Assembly (NCBI GenBank): GCA_051294375.1
Contig: CM119271.1
Coordinates: 3,131,061-3,195,060 of the forward strand
From: Paraspadella gotoi
Lineage: Eukaryota > Animalia > Chaetognatha
Direction of reading: 5' to 3'
DNA length: 64,000 nucleotides
The stretch's first letter is position 1; each line of letters begins with the position of its first letter. Positions 25,387 through 39,991 of this stretch are shown here, piece by piece. A program made the position numbers and the translations under genes. Below the pieces are notes generated by a model. That model did not search any database. It was not told the DNA's origin and worked only from the letters and a program-made list of their open reading frames with translations.

Positions 25387-28300
25387 ATGAGATCAGCGTC
25401 GATTTTCGCGTGGGCGCAAAATCGTGTTGTCATAAAAGGCGTCACGTTGGACAAATACCTTTCGCGACTTTGTTCGTCGACTTCCGATTCGAAAGACAGA
25501 TTTTCAGATGAACAAAAGGATCTATCATCTCAAAAATCTAACTCCTTTCCTCCTTCCACCCTTTCCTCAAATAATTTTTCAAGTTTAAAAGACATTGAAG
25601 ACATTTTGTCGTCGCGCTCTACCAGCGTTGATTCCGAGAAAAAGATCGAGGCTTTGATCGCAGAATATGAACTATTGAAATATTGGGGTAGGTGAAGTAA
25701 AGGCATAAGAGTGGAAAAATTATGGCCTATGGCAACGGGAGGTTTGCCTGTGATAACCGGGACGCGGGGTATCTCACCAACTGGCGTAGGAGCTGCGGAC
25801 CCTCAGTGACCGCCTCCTGTCACTGGTATGTTTAAGCCAGAACCGGGATATCTCCGGATTGAACCCGGGACGCATGGTTGAAACGAGATAATTTAGCCTG
25901 CTCAGCCATTGAGACGAGGCTGAGGACGTGCTGCCAACGGCCTTGTTGAAATTATTTCATTGTTGCGAGATAATATATATGAGAGACGGCTCGAGGGTCT
26001 TTGGGATATCTTAGAAAAGTGGAAAAAGTAAGAAAGTAAGAGTTAGAATATACATATATATATAGATTAATTACCTATTCCGTAAAAAGCCTTAAAAATT
26101 TTGAAAGTAAAGTTTGTTAGTTGATAAAAACCCAAAAGGCCATCCCGTCCCTCGCCTAATGACGGACTCCATGTGGAACGCCCTCGGTTCTTGTCGTCTC
26201 GTCGCCGACCGTCTCCAAATCTACAACTTTTACGTTGGGAAGGAGGCGTTCGCCGAGCAGGCCGCCGATCGGAAGCGAGAGAAAAACCTGAAAAAAATCC
26301 ACAACTTGCGTCGAGTTCTTCGAGAAAAATTTGGTAATTCGTCAAGTGATTTTCCCCGATTTTGTCGTTTCCTTGTAGTTCTCGAGATTCGAACTATCAT
26401 TATTTGTTCATCGCCTATTTAGTATTAATCCGCATTTTTTTTCACCATTTAGGTGTTTTTATCGTTTTTAGTCCTTATCTATTAATCTTTGTACGCAACC
26501 TGCCCATCATTCGATATACTATGGCGGCTTTCGTATAGATTTATTAACTAAAAGAATTTTTTTATCAAATTGCGTAATACTCCCGGAACACAACGGTTGC
26601 TGGACAACAAAATATTTAAGTCGCGATGCGCGCCGTTTCGTCGAGCGAAGACGAAGGCGAGCCGGATTCGCCGGCCCCACCCAAATCGCCGCTACCGTCA
26701 GGCGTCGCCGCCGCAAAACCTTCCACGATTTCTCACGCTCGATCCTTGGGCGTCAGCCATGACGATGTAGACGACATCCACTCCAACGGAAGTGGCGAGA
26801 GCGCCTCTGGCGAGAGTGCCGCCATTCAAGGCGGCGGAGCCGTGAAACATCGCGTGAATGACGCTGGCAGGGGCAGCATTAGCCCTAGCCCCTCGGCATC
26901 GAGCGGCGCCGGGGCCACGGCCGGTGTCGCCGAGGAAGAGGATTCCGAGAAGCGGGAGGAGGAGCGACGTAAGCGTCTCCACTCGTACGTCTTCGTGAGC
27001 CGTTGTATCGCGTATCCTTTCAACGCCAAACAGCCGACGGACATGACTCGGCGCCAACCCAAAATCACCAAGCAGCAGTTCACGGCCATCAAGGAACGAT
27101 TCTTCGCCTTTCTCGAAGGGAAAACCAACATCGTCACCGACGAGGCTTTCAAAAACACCGTTTCTCACTACTACGAAGCGGTCTTGCAGTCCGATCGAGC
27201 CAAGAAGTTGGTAGAGTCCGGTGGAAGCTCGGATCACGACTTTCGTCAAGTCTTCCGCCATATCGTCGACAACCGAATCAACGCCTTGCCAGAGATCGAC
27301 GGTCTCAGCAAGGAAACGGTCATTTTATCCTGGCTCTCCAAATACGATTCCATCTATCGCGGCGACGAGGACCCTAGGAAGAGATTGCGACAGTCGAACA
27401 TGGCGCAGTCCGAGCTGGTGCTTTCAAAGGAACAGCTTTACGACATGTTTCAAGCCGTTCTTTCAGTGAAGAAGTTTGAGCATCAGCTGATCTTTAACGC
27501 GGCTCAGCTCGACTCACAGGACGAGCAGGCCGCCGTGATCAGAAGAGAGTTGGATAACCGGCTGAAGGATACGGACCAGCTAAAGAGAATGAGAAAGTTG
27601 CCCAAGTTTGTCGTCAAGGAAATGGAAAGTACGTACGTGGAGGAGCTGAAGCAATCAATTTCCCAGTTGATGCTCAACTTGGAAAACGTGCCAGTAAAGG
27701 GAAATCACGAGAGTAAATATTCCTTACAAAAATTGAAACGAGCGCAGACGTCTTCTTTAACCAAAATGGATCTCGAGGATCCCTCGGAGACTAGTCTGTC
27801 AAAAATGGACGTCCTGTTGGACTTTTCCCTGGAAGTCGTCATCTTGGAAGTTCAGGGACTCAAATCTGTCCCCGCCAGCAAAATCGTTTATTGCACCATG
27901 GAGGTTGAAGGCGGAGAAAAGTTGCAGACGGACCAGGCTGAAGCCGGGAAGCCGATGTGGGACACGCAAGGAGATTTTAAAACCAACCATCCCCTTCCCG
28001 TCATTAAGGTGAAGCTTTTAACCGAGACCTCTTCGATGCTAAGTCTTGATGACAAAGAATTGGGTCGGGTCACCATCAAACCGACGCCTTTCTCGCCGCG
28101 CGTGGCCGAATGGCACGGGATGCAGACGCCCAAGGGAATTCCCGATCAATTGAAGATTAAAATCATCGTTCGCATGGATCGAAAGCCAAACCTCAAACAC
28201 TGCGCGTGGCTATACGCCATGGGCAAATCTAAGTGGACCAAGTGGAAAAAGCGTTACTTTTGTTTGGTTCAAGTTTCTCAGTACAACTTTGCGATTTGCA

Positions 28301-31300
28301 GTTACCGTGAACGAAAGGCAGAGCCGACGGAGTTTATGTCGTTGGATTCTTTCACGGTCGATTATACGGAACCCGGAAACGACTTGGAGGGCGGAACCTA
28401 TTTTTTCAGCTGCGTCCGCGAAGGCGACAGCGTTCTCTTTGCTTCCGATGACGAGACCGACCGCCAACTGTGGATTCAGGCCATTTGCCGAGCCACGGGG
28501 CAGACGCACAAACCGATTCCTCCCTCCACCGTCGCCGCAGGAAATCTTCCGTGCAACTCTCAACTCTCTCGCCTCCAAGGCGATTCGGAGCGCGCTCGAA
28601 AACATGGGATGGACGAATTCATCCAAGCAGACCCCTACAAGTTCGACCATCAGGAACTCTTTCGGGTTCTTCAGCACCTCACTCTCGAGCATCGCCTCAG
28701 CGACGCCTTCGCCTCCTGGGGCTGGTTCAGCCCTGGTCAGGTTTTTGTCCTGGACGAGTACTGCGCCCGTTACGGGGTCAGAAGCTGCCATCGCCACCTC
28801 TGCTACCTTAGCGACCTTCTCGACAAGGCCGAGCAAGGAATGATGATTGACCCAACGTTGTTGCACTACTCTTTCGCCTTTTGTGCTTCTCACGTGCACG
28901 GAAATCGGCCGGACGGATTGAGCACCGTCCTTGCCGCCGAGAGGGAAGTCTTTAATGAGGTCAAAGAGCGTCTCCGCCTCCTCTTGGAGTATCAAATCGG
29001 TCATTTCCGAGTTTGTTTTCCTTTCGGGCGACCCGAGGGCGCGTTTAAGGCCACCCTCTCCCTGCTCGATCGCGTGATGATGAAGGACCTCGTCACCCCC
29101 GTACCCTCGGAGGAGGTCAAAGCCATCGTCCACCAGTGTTTGGAGCACGCCGCCCTGACAAACTATACTCACATAACGTCGGGAAAAGGGGCTGAATCCC
29201 TCCTGCTCGACGACTTTCCTCACAGAGAGAAGATAGATATGGTCGTCAAGGTGGCCGAACTCGTCGTGGAAGTGTTGCAGGAAAATCGGGAATACTACCC
29301 GGACGCCTTTGCCTGGTTTTCTGATTTGGTGGTGAAGCACGAGGAATGTTTCTTGGCCCTTTTTGCCGTCGACATGGAAGCCGTTCTAAGTTCTCAACCT
29401 GCGGATACTTGGGACTCCTTCCTCCTCTTCCAAACATTAAATCCTTTCCTCAGAACGGATCAAAACCTTCGCGACGGCCCCTTCCACAATCATTTACGCG
29501 ACGCTTTCGCTCCGATGGTCGTGCGATACGTAGATCTCATGGAGTCCTCCATTGCCCAGTCTATTCACAAGGGTTTCGAGAAGGAAACTTGGGCGGCCGT
29601 AGGGGCTGGGTGTTCCACTACAGATGAAATGTTTTGGAAGCTCGACATGCTACAGTCGTTTATCAGCGATCTTCACTGGCCGGACGCCGTCTTGGCCGAG
29701 CACCTCGACCATCGGTTGAAATTGATGGCTGCCGACATGATCGAGTCTTGCGCCAAGCGCGTCTATTCCACTTTCGAGATCTGGATGAAGAAAGGGGCCA
29801 AGGGATCCGATTTTCTTCTCCCGCCAGAGGTTTGCATTATGTTGAATGTCGTCATTGACGCCAAAAATCAGTCGCTCAAACTCTGCGCCATGCAATCCGG
29901 CGATCTCCATCAGTACCACACCAAAATAGATGAATTTCTCGAAAAGACGTTCGGCGACATGATTCAGACGGTCGTGGGACGCTTCCTCTCCGTCCTCGAA
30001 ACGACCATGTCCAAATTTTCCCGCTACGATGAGGGATCCATGTTGGCCCCCGTCCTCAGCCTGACGGGAAAGTTTTCCAAAGTTTTCCACGGTTCCTCGG
30101 AGTCGTCGGCCAGCCAGAGCGGCGCCGCGACTAAGGGTGGAATCGAACTCGGACGAGACTACGTGAATTTCATGCGAAACAACACGGAGCTTCTCAGGCA
30201 AAACGTCCACGACGATTTCTACATCAACTCCATCCTAGAAAAATGGTACAACGGACAGATGGACATCGTCAACGAGTGGCTGGCCGAGAGGACCGACGCG
30301 GCGTTGCACAATTATCAACTTTCATGCCTTTTGTTCATGAATAAAAAGATCTATTCAAATTTCGAGTTGGAAGGAGTTTCGGAAGCCGTTTTAAACAGCA
30401 AGGCCAATAAAGCCGTGACCAATAGATTGCAGATGGAAGAGGCAACGGCGTCGGTGAGCGAAAACTTGGACCCTCCCGTCGCGGTGGAGGAAGATTCTTG
30501 AAAAAGCATAAGTTTAGAATAGCTATAAACTTGGGTATTAATCGATTTAGGAGAAATAAATCTTCCCGCTTTTCTAGTCTTCGTTATTGGGGAACGGATT
30601 TTTTTTATTGTCCTAATGTTTTATGTGTGTGTTTTCGGCGTATAGTCGCACAAGATGTTGAAGTATTTACGCATTACATATATGAAGCAAATACCGCTTA
30701 ATACATACTGTCAGTGAACCGGTATTTTTATTGCCAGTACCTGAGTATTGAATTGATCTCGATTTTCTTTTTCGCTTATTCTTCCAACCTTTTGAAGAAA
30801 GTATACTTTATATTTTCTAAAATTAAAAAAAATAATACTTTTTTTAATATAAATATTCTTGATGCTGCGTTCAATTATACAATATGCAATGTTCTTGCTT
30901 TTTACGAATTTTGTTCATCGACAAATTCAGTTGTTTTGAGTTGGTTGTTTTCCGTTTAATTTCCCTTATCATTTTAATCGTTTAAAAGTTATTATACTGA
31001 TACACGGAATATACTCAAATTTTTGTTGAAAACCTTTTGAAAATAACCATTCGGGGCTTAAACTTGTTCCTTTAAATTGTTCAAAAAATAATTGTTTCGT
31101 CCCGTAAGAAAGCAAAATTGCAATCAAATATTGTGTTAATCTTTTGCGTTGTGTTTTTTAGAATGATATTTTGCATTTTTAACTCATTCCCATTTTTACT
31201 TATAGCATTGCCTTAGAAAGAGTATTAATAAATCGTTGCCAATGTGTTTCCCAATGACAAAGCTTTAACTCCCATCATTCCATTTCTTTGCTACCTTCTA

Positions 31301-33220
31301 CCCTACATTCCAAAAATGTTATAAAAAAATTCGTGCTTTCTTTTCTCTTTTTGGGTTAAGATTATTATAAATTAATGACAATTTTATTAACAAAAATATT
31401 TTTGGTGTCGTCCTTCTAGTCCTCTGCTAGTCTTGTTAGTGTATTCTTTGAAAGATGCATAATTTTAATTTAACGCTTTCGACAATCTCCTTTTTAAAAT
31501 TCCTTATTTCTCAATAATAAATATTTACAGTATTTTTTTTTATAAAATGTCTTCATTGTGATTTGGCTTACTTTTTTAATTCATGATTGATAATCAATCC
31601 CTTTTTAGCAAAAGAAAAAAGAATCTTTTAAGTCCCCCCACTCCCCGTTTTAAAACTTGTAATAATATCATTCTCGAAGGCTTCTCCGAATTCTCGCGAA
31701 TATTTAAGAGGTTTTCTTTAGGCACAGATTATCCAACGGAGTCATTGACTGACGACCAAGGCAATGCGTTTTCGGCCTCCCGACTCGTCGGACATCAGAT
31801 GCAAATCGTTTCGCGAGTTGACAAAGCGACGGTCAAAAGTCGGTCCGACCGCCAGCTCTACGGCCTACAGTTCGGTCAACCGCTGTTCTTCGACCTTCAC
31901 AGCTGGCGAAGGTGGGTTGATTTACTTAATTTATTTTTTTGGGATAGCGAGTGCGGAGAGATATATTTTCTGTTGCAGTTCTAATAGTTTTATTGACCTA
32001 TTTTACCACTAAAGTTTTATTTTTCAGGATTACAGAAAGAAATATGCTCTTTTTCGTTCGCGAAATGCAACGTATCTATCTACTCAACAAGATGCAAGTA
32101 AGATTTTTTTTTAAATGACGGTATAGCGGCCTAAACAATAACAACAACCACAACGATTATTAATCGTCGATTTAACGTTTATCTTCAAGTGGGAACCCTT
32201 TCAACTTCACCTCTGCAACTTTGACGAGTTCAACCCGGCGGCCAGGAAATTGCTCCAGCACCCGCACGTTCGCGACTATTGGTGGAACGTGACCAGCGAC
32301 TGCTGCAGTCAAGTGGTGGATAAAGATCGCCTCGTTTACTTGTCGAAAGTAAATCGAATCAATTCGATCTGCAATACATGATCCTTTTACATTGAAAGTT
32401 CTCTTTCCACTCCAGCGATCTCCCAATCGTCTTCGATCCTACAGTCACGAGGACGTTTACGTTTTCTGCGACGATCGAGGCGGCGGTGGCATCGAAGCCG
32501 CCGCCAAATTGGGATGCAGAACCGCCAGGTACATTTGAATGAATGCTAGTGAGCTCACTAGATTAGCCTATATCCTTTATTTTCAATTGGTTCGTGCGAA
32601 AAGTTCTTATGTACTTACGTAACGAATTTCTTACGTTCCCGAGTTCTCAAAATCTCTACTCCATATCCATCCCCCCCCAAAAAAAAAATTCAATTTCGAT
32701 CGCATATTTTGATGGCATATCCCACTTTGTTCCCTTCAGATTCGACTACCAGCGCTACTTTTCCCGCGTCCCCGTTTTTACCAAACTTCGCTGGGAATTT
32801 CAACAATTGCTCGACGCTCGAGACACCGACGGAAATTGGATGTACGCTTTCCGGTGCGTGGGCGATAGAGACGATGACTACGAGAGAGACAAAGACACAA
32901 ATGTCACCAAAAAAAACGTGAAACGAAATGTTCAATTTAACTTTCCGCGTTTCAGAAATTCCGCCTCTTCTAGCTCCGGTTGGCGCCCCAGATTCTTTCC
33001 AACCCTCGCCTCGATTACGGAGGACGAAGTTGTGACGGAAAACGACGACGACGCCTTGTTCTGTTCTCGCCACCGCGCCATTGAGAAGCCGGACCTTCGA
33101 CGGACGATTCGAGAGCTGAGAGAATTCCGAGCGGAGGCTTTGAAGCGAGGAAGCGAAGACGACGTCGCCAACGCGGAAGCGGCCTTGGCCGAGTTGGAAC
33201 TCAGCCTGCGGGGAAGATAA
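25387..33220 (+). CDS. TRMT10C: TRMT10C/MRPP1-like mitochondrial RNase P protein 1 (divergent SPOUT domain), spliced; ~5.4-kb intron at ~26334-31721 hosts CADPS
   Basis: N-terminal exons (presequence; [21 protein letters not shown]) join in the expected order to [48 protein letters not shown]. Confidence 0.72.
25728..25938 (-). mobile_element. Family-A-related element copy 4: tRNA-like Pol III head plus internally deleted twister remnant
   Basis: GGCC duplicated at 25724-25727 and 25939-25942; minus-strand A box TGGCTGAGCAGG (25897-25908) and B box GGTTCAATCC (25856-25865); shares CAGTGAC..GTCACTGAGGGTC and the ...CACAGGCAA..GTTGCCATA tail with family A. Confidence 0.8.
26626..30501 (+). CDS. 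CADPS: Calcium-dependent secretion activator (CAPS), intronless, 1291 aa, nested in the TRMT10C-like intron
   Basis: [24 protein letters not shown]; C2 domain ([21 protein letters not shown]); PH domain ([15 protein letters not shown]); [21 protein letters not shown]; MHD region; C-terminal [11 protein letters not shown]. Confidence 0.97.
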   Translation: MRAVSSSEDEGEPDSPAPPKSPLPSGVAAAKPSTISHARSLGVSHDDVDDIHSNGSGESASGESAAIQGGGAVKHRVNDAGRGSISPSPSASSGAGATAGVAEEEDSEKREEERRKRLHSYVFVSRCIAYPFNAKQPTDMTRRQPKITKQQFTAIKERFFAFLEGKTNIVTDEAFKNTVSHYYEAVLQSDRAKKLVESGGSSDHDFRQVFRHIVDNRINALPEIDGLSKETVILSWLSKYDSIYRGDEDPRKRLRQSNMAQSELVLSKEQLYDMFQAVLSVKKFEHQLIFNAAQLDSQDEQAAVIRRELDNRLKDTDQLKRMRKLPKFVVKEMESTYVEELKQSISQLMLNLENVPVKGNHESKYSLQKLKRAQTSSLTKMDLEDPSETSLSKMDVLLDFSLEVVILEVQGLKSVPASKIVYCTMEVEGGEKLQTDQAEAGKPMWDTQGDFKTNHPLPVIKVKLLTETSSMLSLDDKELGRVTIKPTPFSPRVAEWHGMQTPKGIPDQLKIKIIVRMDRKPNLKHCAWLYAMGKSKWTKWKKRYFCLVQVSQYNFAICSYRERKAEPTEFMSLDSFTVDYTEPGNDLEGGTYFFSCVREGDSVLFASDDETDRQLWIQAICRATGQTHKPIPPSTVAAGNLPCNSQLSRLQGDSERARKHGMDEFIQADPYKFDHQELFRVLQHLTLEHRLSDAFASWGWFSPGQVFVLDEYCARYGVRSCHRHLCYLSDLLDKAEQGMMIDPTLLHYSFAFCASHVHGNRPDGLSTVLAAEREVFNEVKERLRLLLEYQIGHFRVCFPFGRPEGAFKATLSLLDRVMMKDLVTPVPSEEVKAIVHQCLEHAALTNYTHITSGKGAESLLLDDFPHREKIDMVVKVAELVVEVLQENREYYPDAFAWFSDLVVKHEECFLALFAVDMEAVLSSQPADTWDSFLLFQTLNPFLRTDQNLRDGPFHNHLRDAFAPMVVRYVDLMESSIAQSIHKGFEKETWAAVGAGCSTTDEMFWKLDMLQSFISDLHWPDAVLAEHLDHRLKLMAADMIESCAKRVYSTFEIWMKKGAKGSDFLLPPEVCIMLNVVIDAKNQSLKLCAMQSGDLHQYHTKIDEFLEKTFGDMIQTVVGRFLSVLETTMSKFSRYDEGSMLAPVLSLTGKFSKVFHGSSESSASQSGAATKGGIELGRDYVNFMRNNTELLRQNVHDDFYINSILEKWYNGQMDIVNEWLAERTDAALHNYQLSCLLFMNKKIYSNFELEGVSEAVLNSKANKAVTNRLQMEEATASVSENLDPPVAVEEDS

Positions 33221-33411
33221 AAGCCGACGTTCCCATCGCAGCGTCGCTAGTTGACGGCGGCGCGAAAAAGATTGCCGTCTCGACACAACTCATTTGGCGC
33301 CTTTATTTTTTAAATAAAAGAATTGTTTTCCGATCGGTTAAAGTTCCTAAAGTTTCTCATCTTTATTATCTTTAACTTCGCATTGACATTTTTCGACCAA
33401 AGACTATTCAC

Positions 33412-33952
33412 ATGGGCTCCTTTTTATTGAGACGCGCGTACGGCGCCATTTTAGCGCCGCGCTGTGTCGCCGAAAAACAATTCGGAGAGACGTTCTTCGG
33501 GTCGAGACGATATTGCGACGGCGCGGTTGGCGCTGGTCGCGCCGACGACGCCGAACCCGAGGAATCGACGAAAAAGATTCATCACGCGCAAAGAGAGGTG
33601 GATTGTGGTTTATTACTTTAAACGCTCAAGTTATGAGTAAAACTCTTTATTCTCAAAATTTTCTTTGTCTCAGGACCGCCCCATCCTGATCTGGACGGAG
33701 CCGCGCAAAGGACGAAAATTGCTTCCCGTTACCAACGTGGTGGGCGTGACCCAAGATATGGCGCAGGCGCAGAGCGTTTTGAAAAGATTAAAGTCTCGTC
33801 TCGGATGCAGCGGAAGATTATACATAGATAATAATAATAAAAAAGACGGGTTGATCGTCGAACTTCACGGCGACCACAGAAGGGGCGTCAAAAAGCTTCT
33901 CGCTTCATTTTCCGAGTTGATAGAAAGAGACATAAAATTAAAAAATAATTAA
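33412..33952 (+). CDS. SUI1/eIF1/YciH-like domain protein with a putative mitochondrial presequence, 2 exons
   Basis: Exon 2: ILIWTEPRKGRK..VTNVVGV...LKRLKSRLGCSG...GLIVELHGDHRRGVKKLL (SUI1 pattern); exon 1 begins Arg/Leu/Ala-rich and has an RRY|C motif; intron at ~33598-33673. Confidence 0.7.
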
Positions 33953-34294
33953 GCCTCACTTCCCTGTCCATCCCTCACCCCCTCGTCCCATTTTGTTTTT
34001 AAGTGAGTGCCCCTTGTTTCTCAATCTCTTCGTTGCAGTTTATCATGATCTCGTACTTAGTAGCTAACTAAGAAACAAAAGACTAGAAACCATGTAATAC
34101 CACCCAATTTTAAAATTTAAAGCCTTCATTTGAAAAAAATTTTAAAAAATGACGCTGGATTCGGTCACGCGACCGACTCGAACGAATATCGCGTCCCGAC
34201 GATTTGACGAAATGTCGTGACCGGGAGTGAGAGACGAAAGAGAGACGAAGAGGGAAGACGAGGGATTCCGGTGACTTCGCGTCCCGACTTCCGA

Positions 34295-37487
<3,193 letters not shown>

Positions 37488-38100
37488 ATTTTTTTTTTTT
37501 TTTTTTCTCTCGCTAGAATTCTCGCAGTTTGTTCATTTTTTTAAATGTTTGTTTTTGACCGCCAGAGGTGGACGAACTCGACGAGAGCGTCGCTACTCTG
37601 CTCGATGCGCGACAACCGACTTCTCACAAAGCGTGAGCGCCGATCGTCACGCGTTTGACGTGATCGACTCTGTCTCCCTTCCACTCCCTCTCCCTCCCTC
37701 TCCGTGGTGCCGTCTCGAGCTTTGAACGCGATCGCGTGTTCAAGTTAATACTATATTATTTTTGAGAATGAAAATAAATTTCGATCTGAAGATATAAACA
37801 AAAGACACGCAACTATATCTGTCTTGACTTTTTTTTTTTTTTTGCACGAATTAAAAAAATTATGAATCTTGCTTGATATATACATCCCGTTGTTTTTCAT
37901 CTCAGTTGAACGAACCTCTTCTAGTATTACGGCGCTACCTCGAAAAGGGTAGCGCGTCTTGTTTCGAAGAGAGAACGATAAAGAAAATGTAATAGTTCTT
38001 TTTTTTTTTTCCTCCTTTTTGTTTTTCGTGTTGCGTCTTGCCAGGAGTAAAAACGTCCTTCCAGTAAAGGCTGCCAACACAGACTTACCGGGTTATTTTG

Positions 38101-38136
<36 letters not shown>

Positions 38137-38336
38137 GGTTAACGACAAAACTGTATTTCGCCATTCACAATGTATGCCTCCATCTAGCCGTAGAAATTTA
38201 TGTTTCTTGCAATGTTTTTTTTTTCATAAGAATTCTCGGGGCCAATCCTCCTCGTCTTTTTTTTTGGGGGGGGGAGAAAGAAGGGGAAGAAAATTGGGAC
38301 CGAAAGTGAGAAAGACTCGTCCTTGATACTTGGAAG

Positions 38337-39788
38337 ATGGCGTTTCTCAACGACAGGGATTGGCTCTTGGCCCACGTACGATACACCAAAGAGGACGACG
38401 GAAAACTGAAGGAGATGATGAAATGTTTTAAGGCGAGTTTTAATTCTATGAAATTTAAAATAACCAATTATCGATCCTCAGATAAGGTTGAGCCTCGTTG
38501 AGTCTGACATAAAATTCGACAGAATAAATACCTAAAAGTTCTTATCTTTGTCGATGCTTATATTTTTCGAAAAAATATTCAAGACTCCCGCGGCGCATTG
38601 TAATCCTAATTTTTAGTATTATTGATTGTATATCACGAAAGTTCTTTTTTTTATTGTGGAATCCAACCTTATTTCTCAGGAGGCGCGTTTTCGATCCGAA
38701 AAAATATTGAATGCCTTGGGCGGCGGCGACGAGTCCGAACTTCGCCGAAAATGGCCACAGATGAAAAAGAATCCTACGTAAGTGCTTTCGCTTAGTATTT
38801 TTTCCCCTTTGGCTTCATGATTTACGTAATTAGTTTTTTTTAAACTTTTTTTAAAAATTGTTTTATTCCCCGTATTCCCCTCATGCTTAACCTTTCAATT
38901 CCCAGCGTCGTCGAATGCTTGGAAATGTTCTGCCTTAGCCTTACCCGATACGCCTGCGAGGTCCTTCCTTACGAGTCTCACCTCATCGCTGCTGCGTCGG
39001 TGGCGCCGCCCAAGAACGACGTCCGGTACGCCGAGACGCCGGCCCATGAAGCGCCGTCTCAACGCGAGGCCGTCGAGTGTTTGAGACGCGTCCTAAATCT
39101 TGCGGAAATCATGGGTGAGTCGGATCCAGGCCAGATGGTGCCGAGCTCAACTCATTTTCTTTTCAAGCAATGTTAAACCTTTGAAAGCTTCGCGTGATCA
39201 GGCGCTTGATCGTCGTTATCAGGCGACTCCGATCTCATGTGCAAAACGCTGGTGCTGTTGGCCGACTGGCACGAGACCCGCATCGCCAAATGGCACGGGG
39301 ACTCCACCATTGCGGACAAGGCCGAGGCGAAGAGGCTCAGGATTCACCTCACCCAAGTGCAGCAGGAAATGGGAAGCAGGTAAGAGTAGCGGAAGAATTT
39401 TCTTCTCTTTTTTTTAAATTTTTGTAATAATCTCATCTCCGGGTCGGACAGAGTCGAAACGGATTGCCCCATTTGCTTGGAATGCTTAGAAGCTGAAGAC
39501 GATGAACCTTCAGGAGGCTCTTCGTCCGCCGCCGCCTCGACATCCACTCAGCCACCGCAGTCTTCCGCCTCGGACTCGAATCTCAACGCGGGCCACACCC
39601 TGGCCGATCTCAGCTCGGAAGGCGACCTCGCCGTCCTCAACACTCAGCTGAACAAGACGGAAGGCGTCTTCGTGCTCTCCGACTGCTACCACCGATTCCA
39701 CGTCTACTGTTTGGACAAGTATCACTTGGAACTCGGGAAGAAGAACGCGCTGATGCTCAAGTGTCCGCTCTGTCGCACCACAATCTGA
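38337..39788 (+). CDS. RING-H2 finger protein (putative E3 ligase) with a helical N-terminal region, spliced
   Basis: C-terminal CPIC..(long Ser/Ala-rich insert)..CYHRFHVYC...CPLCR. Confidence 0.75.
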
Positions 39789-39991
39789 CTCTCCAGAATG
39801 TCGAAACTAATTGTATTTATTTATATATTTATTTAATTGTTTTCCTTTGCCGTGTTTATTATGTTTTTTTTTTTAAATTGCGCTTCTTGTTTTAGCTCTC
39901 GCCAACTCGCGTTTTATACCCGCGAGGCAGTCGTGCTTAACTCTAAATTCTTTCTCAACGATGAAGTAAACCCGAAAGACCATTAATCATA

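Noticed and set aside
28210-29340. 376-aa minus-strand ORF
   Set aside because: Antisense shadow of the GC-rich CADPS coding sequence; no recognisable motifs.
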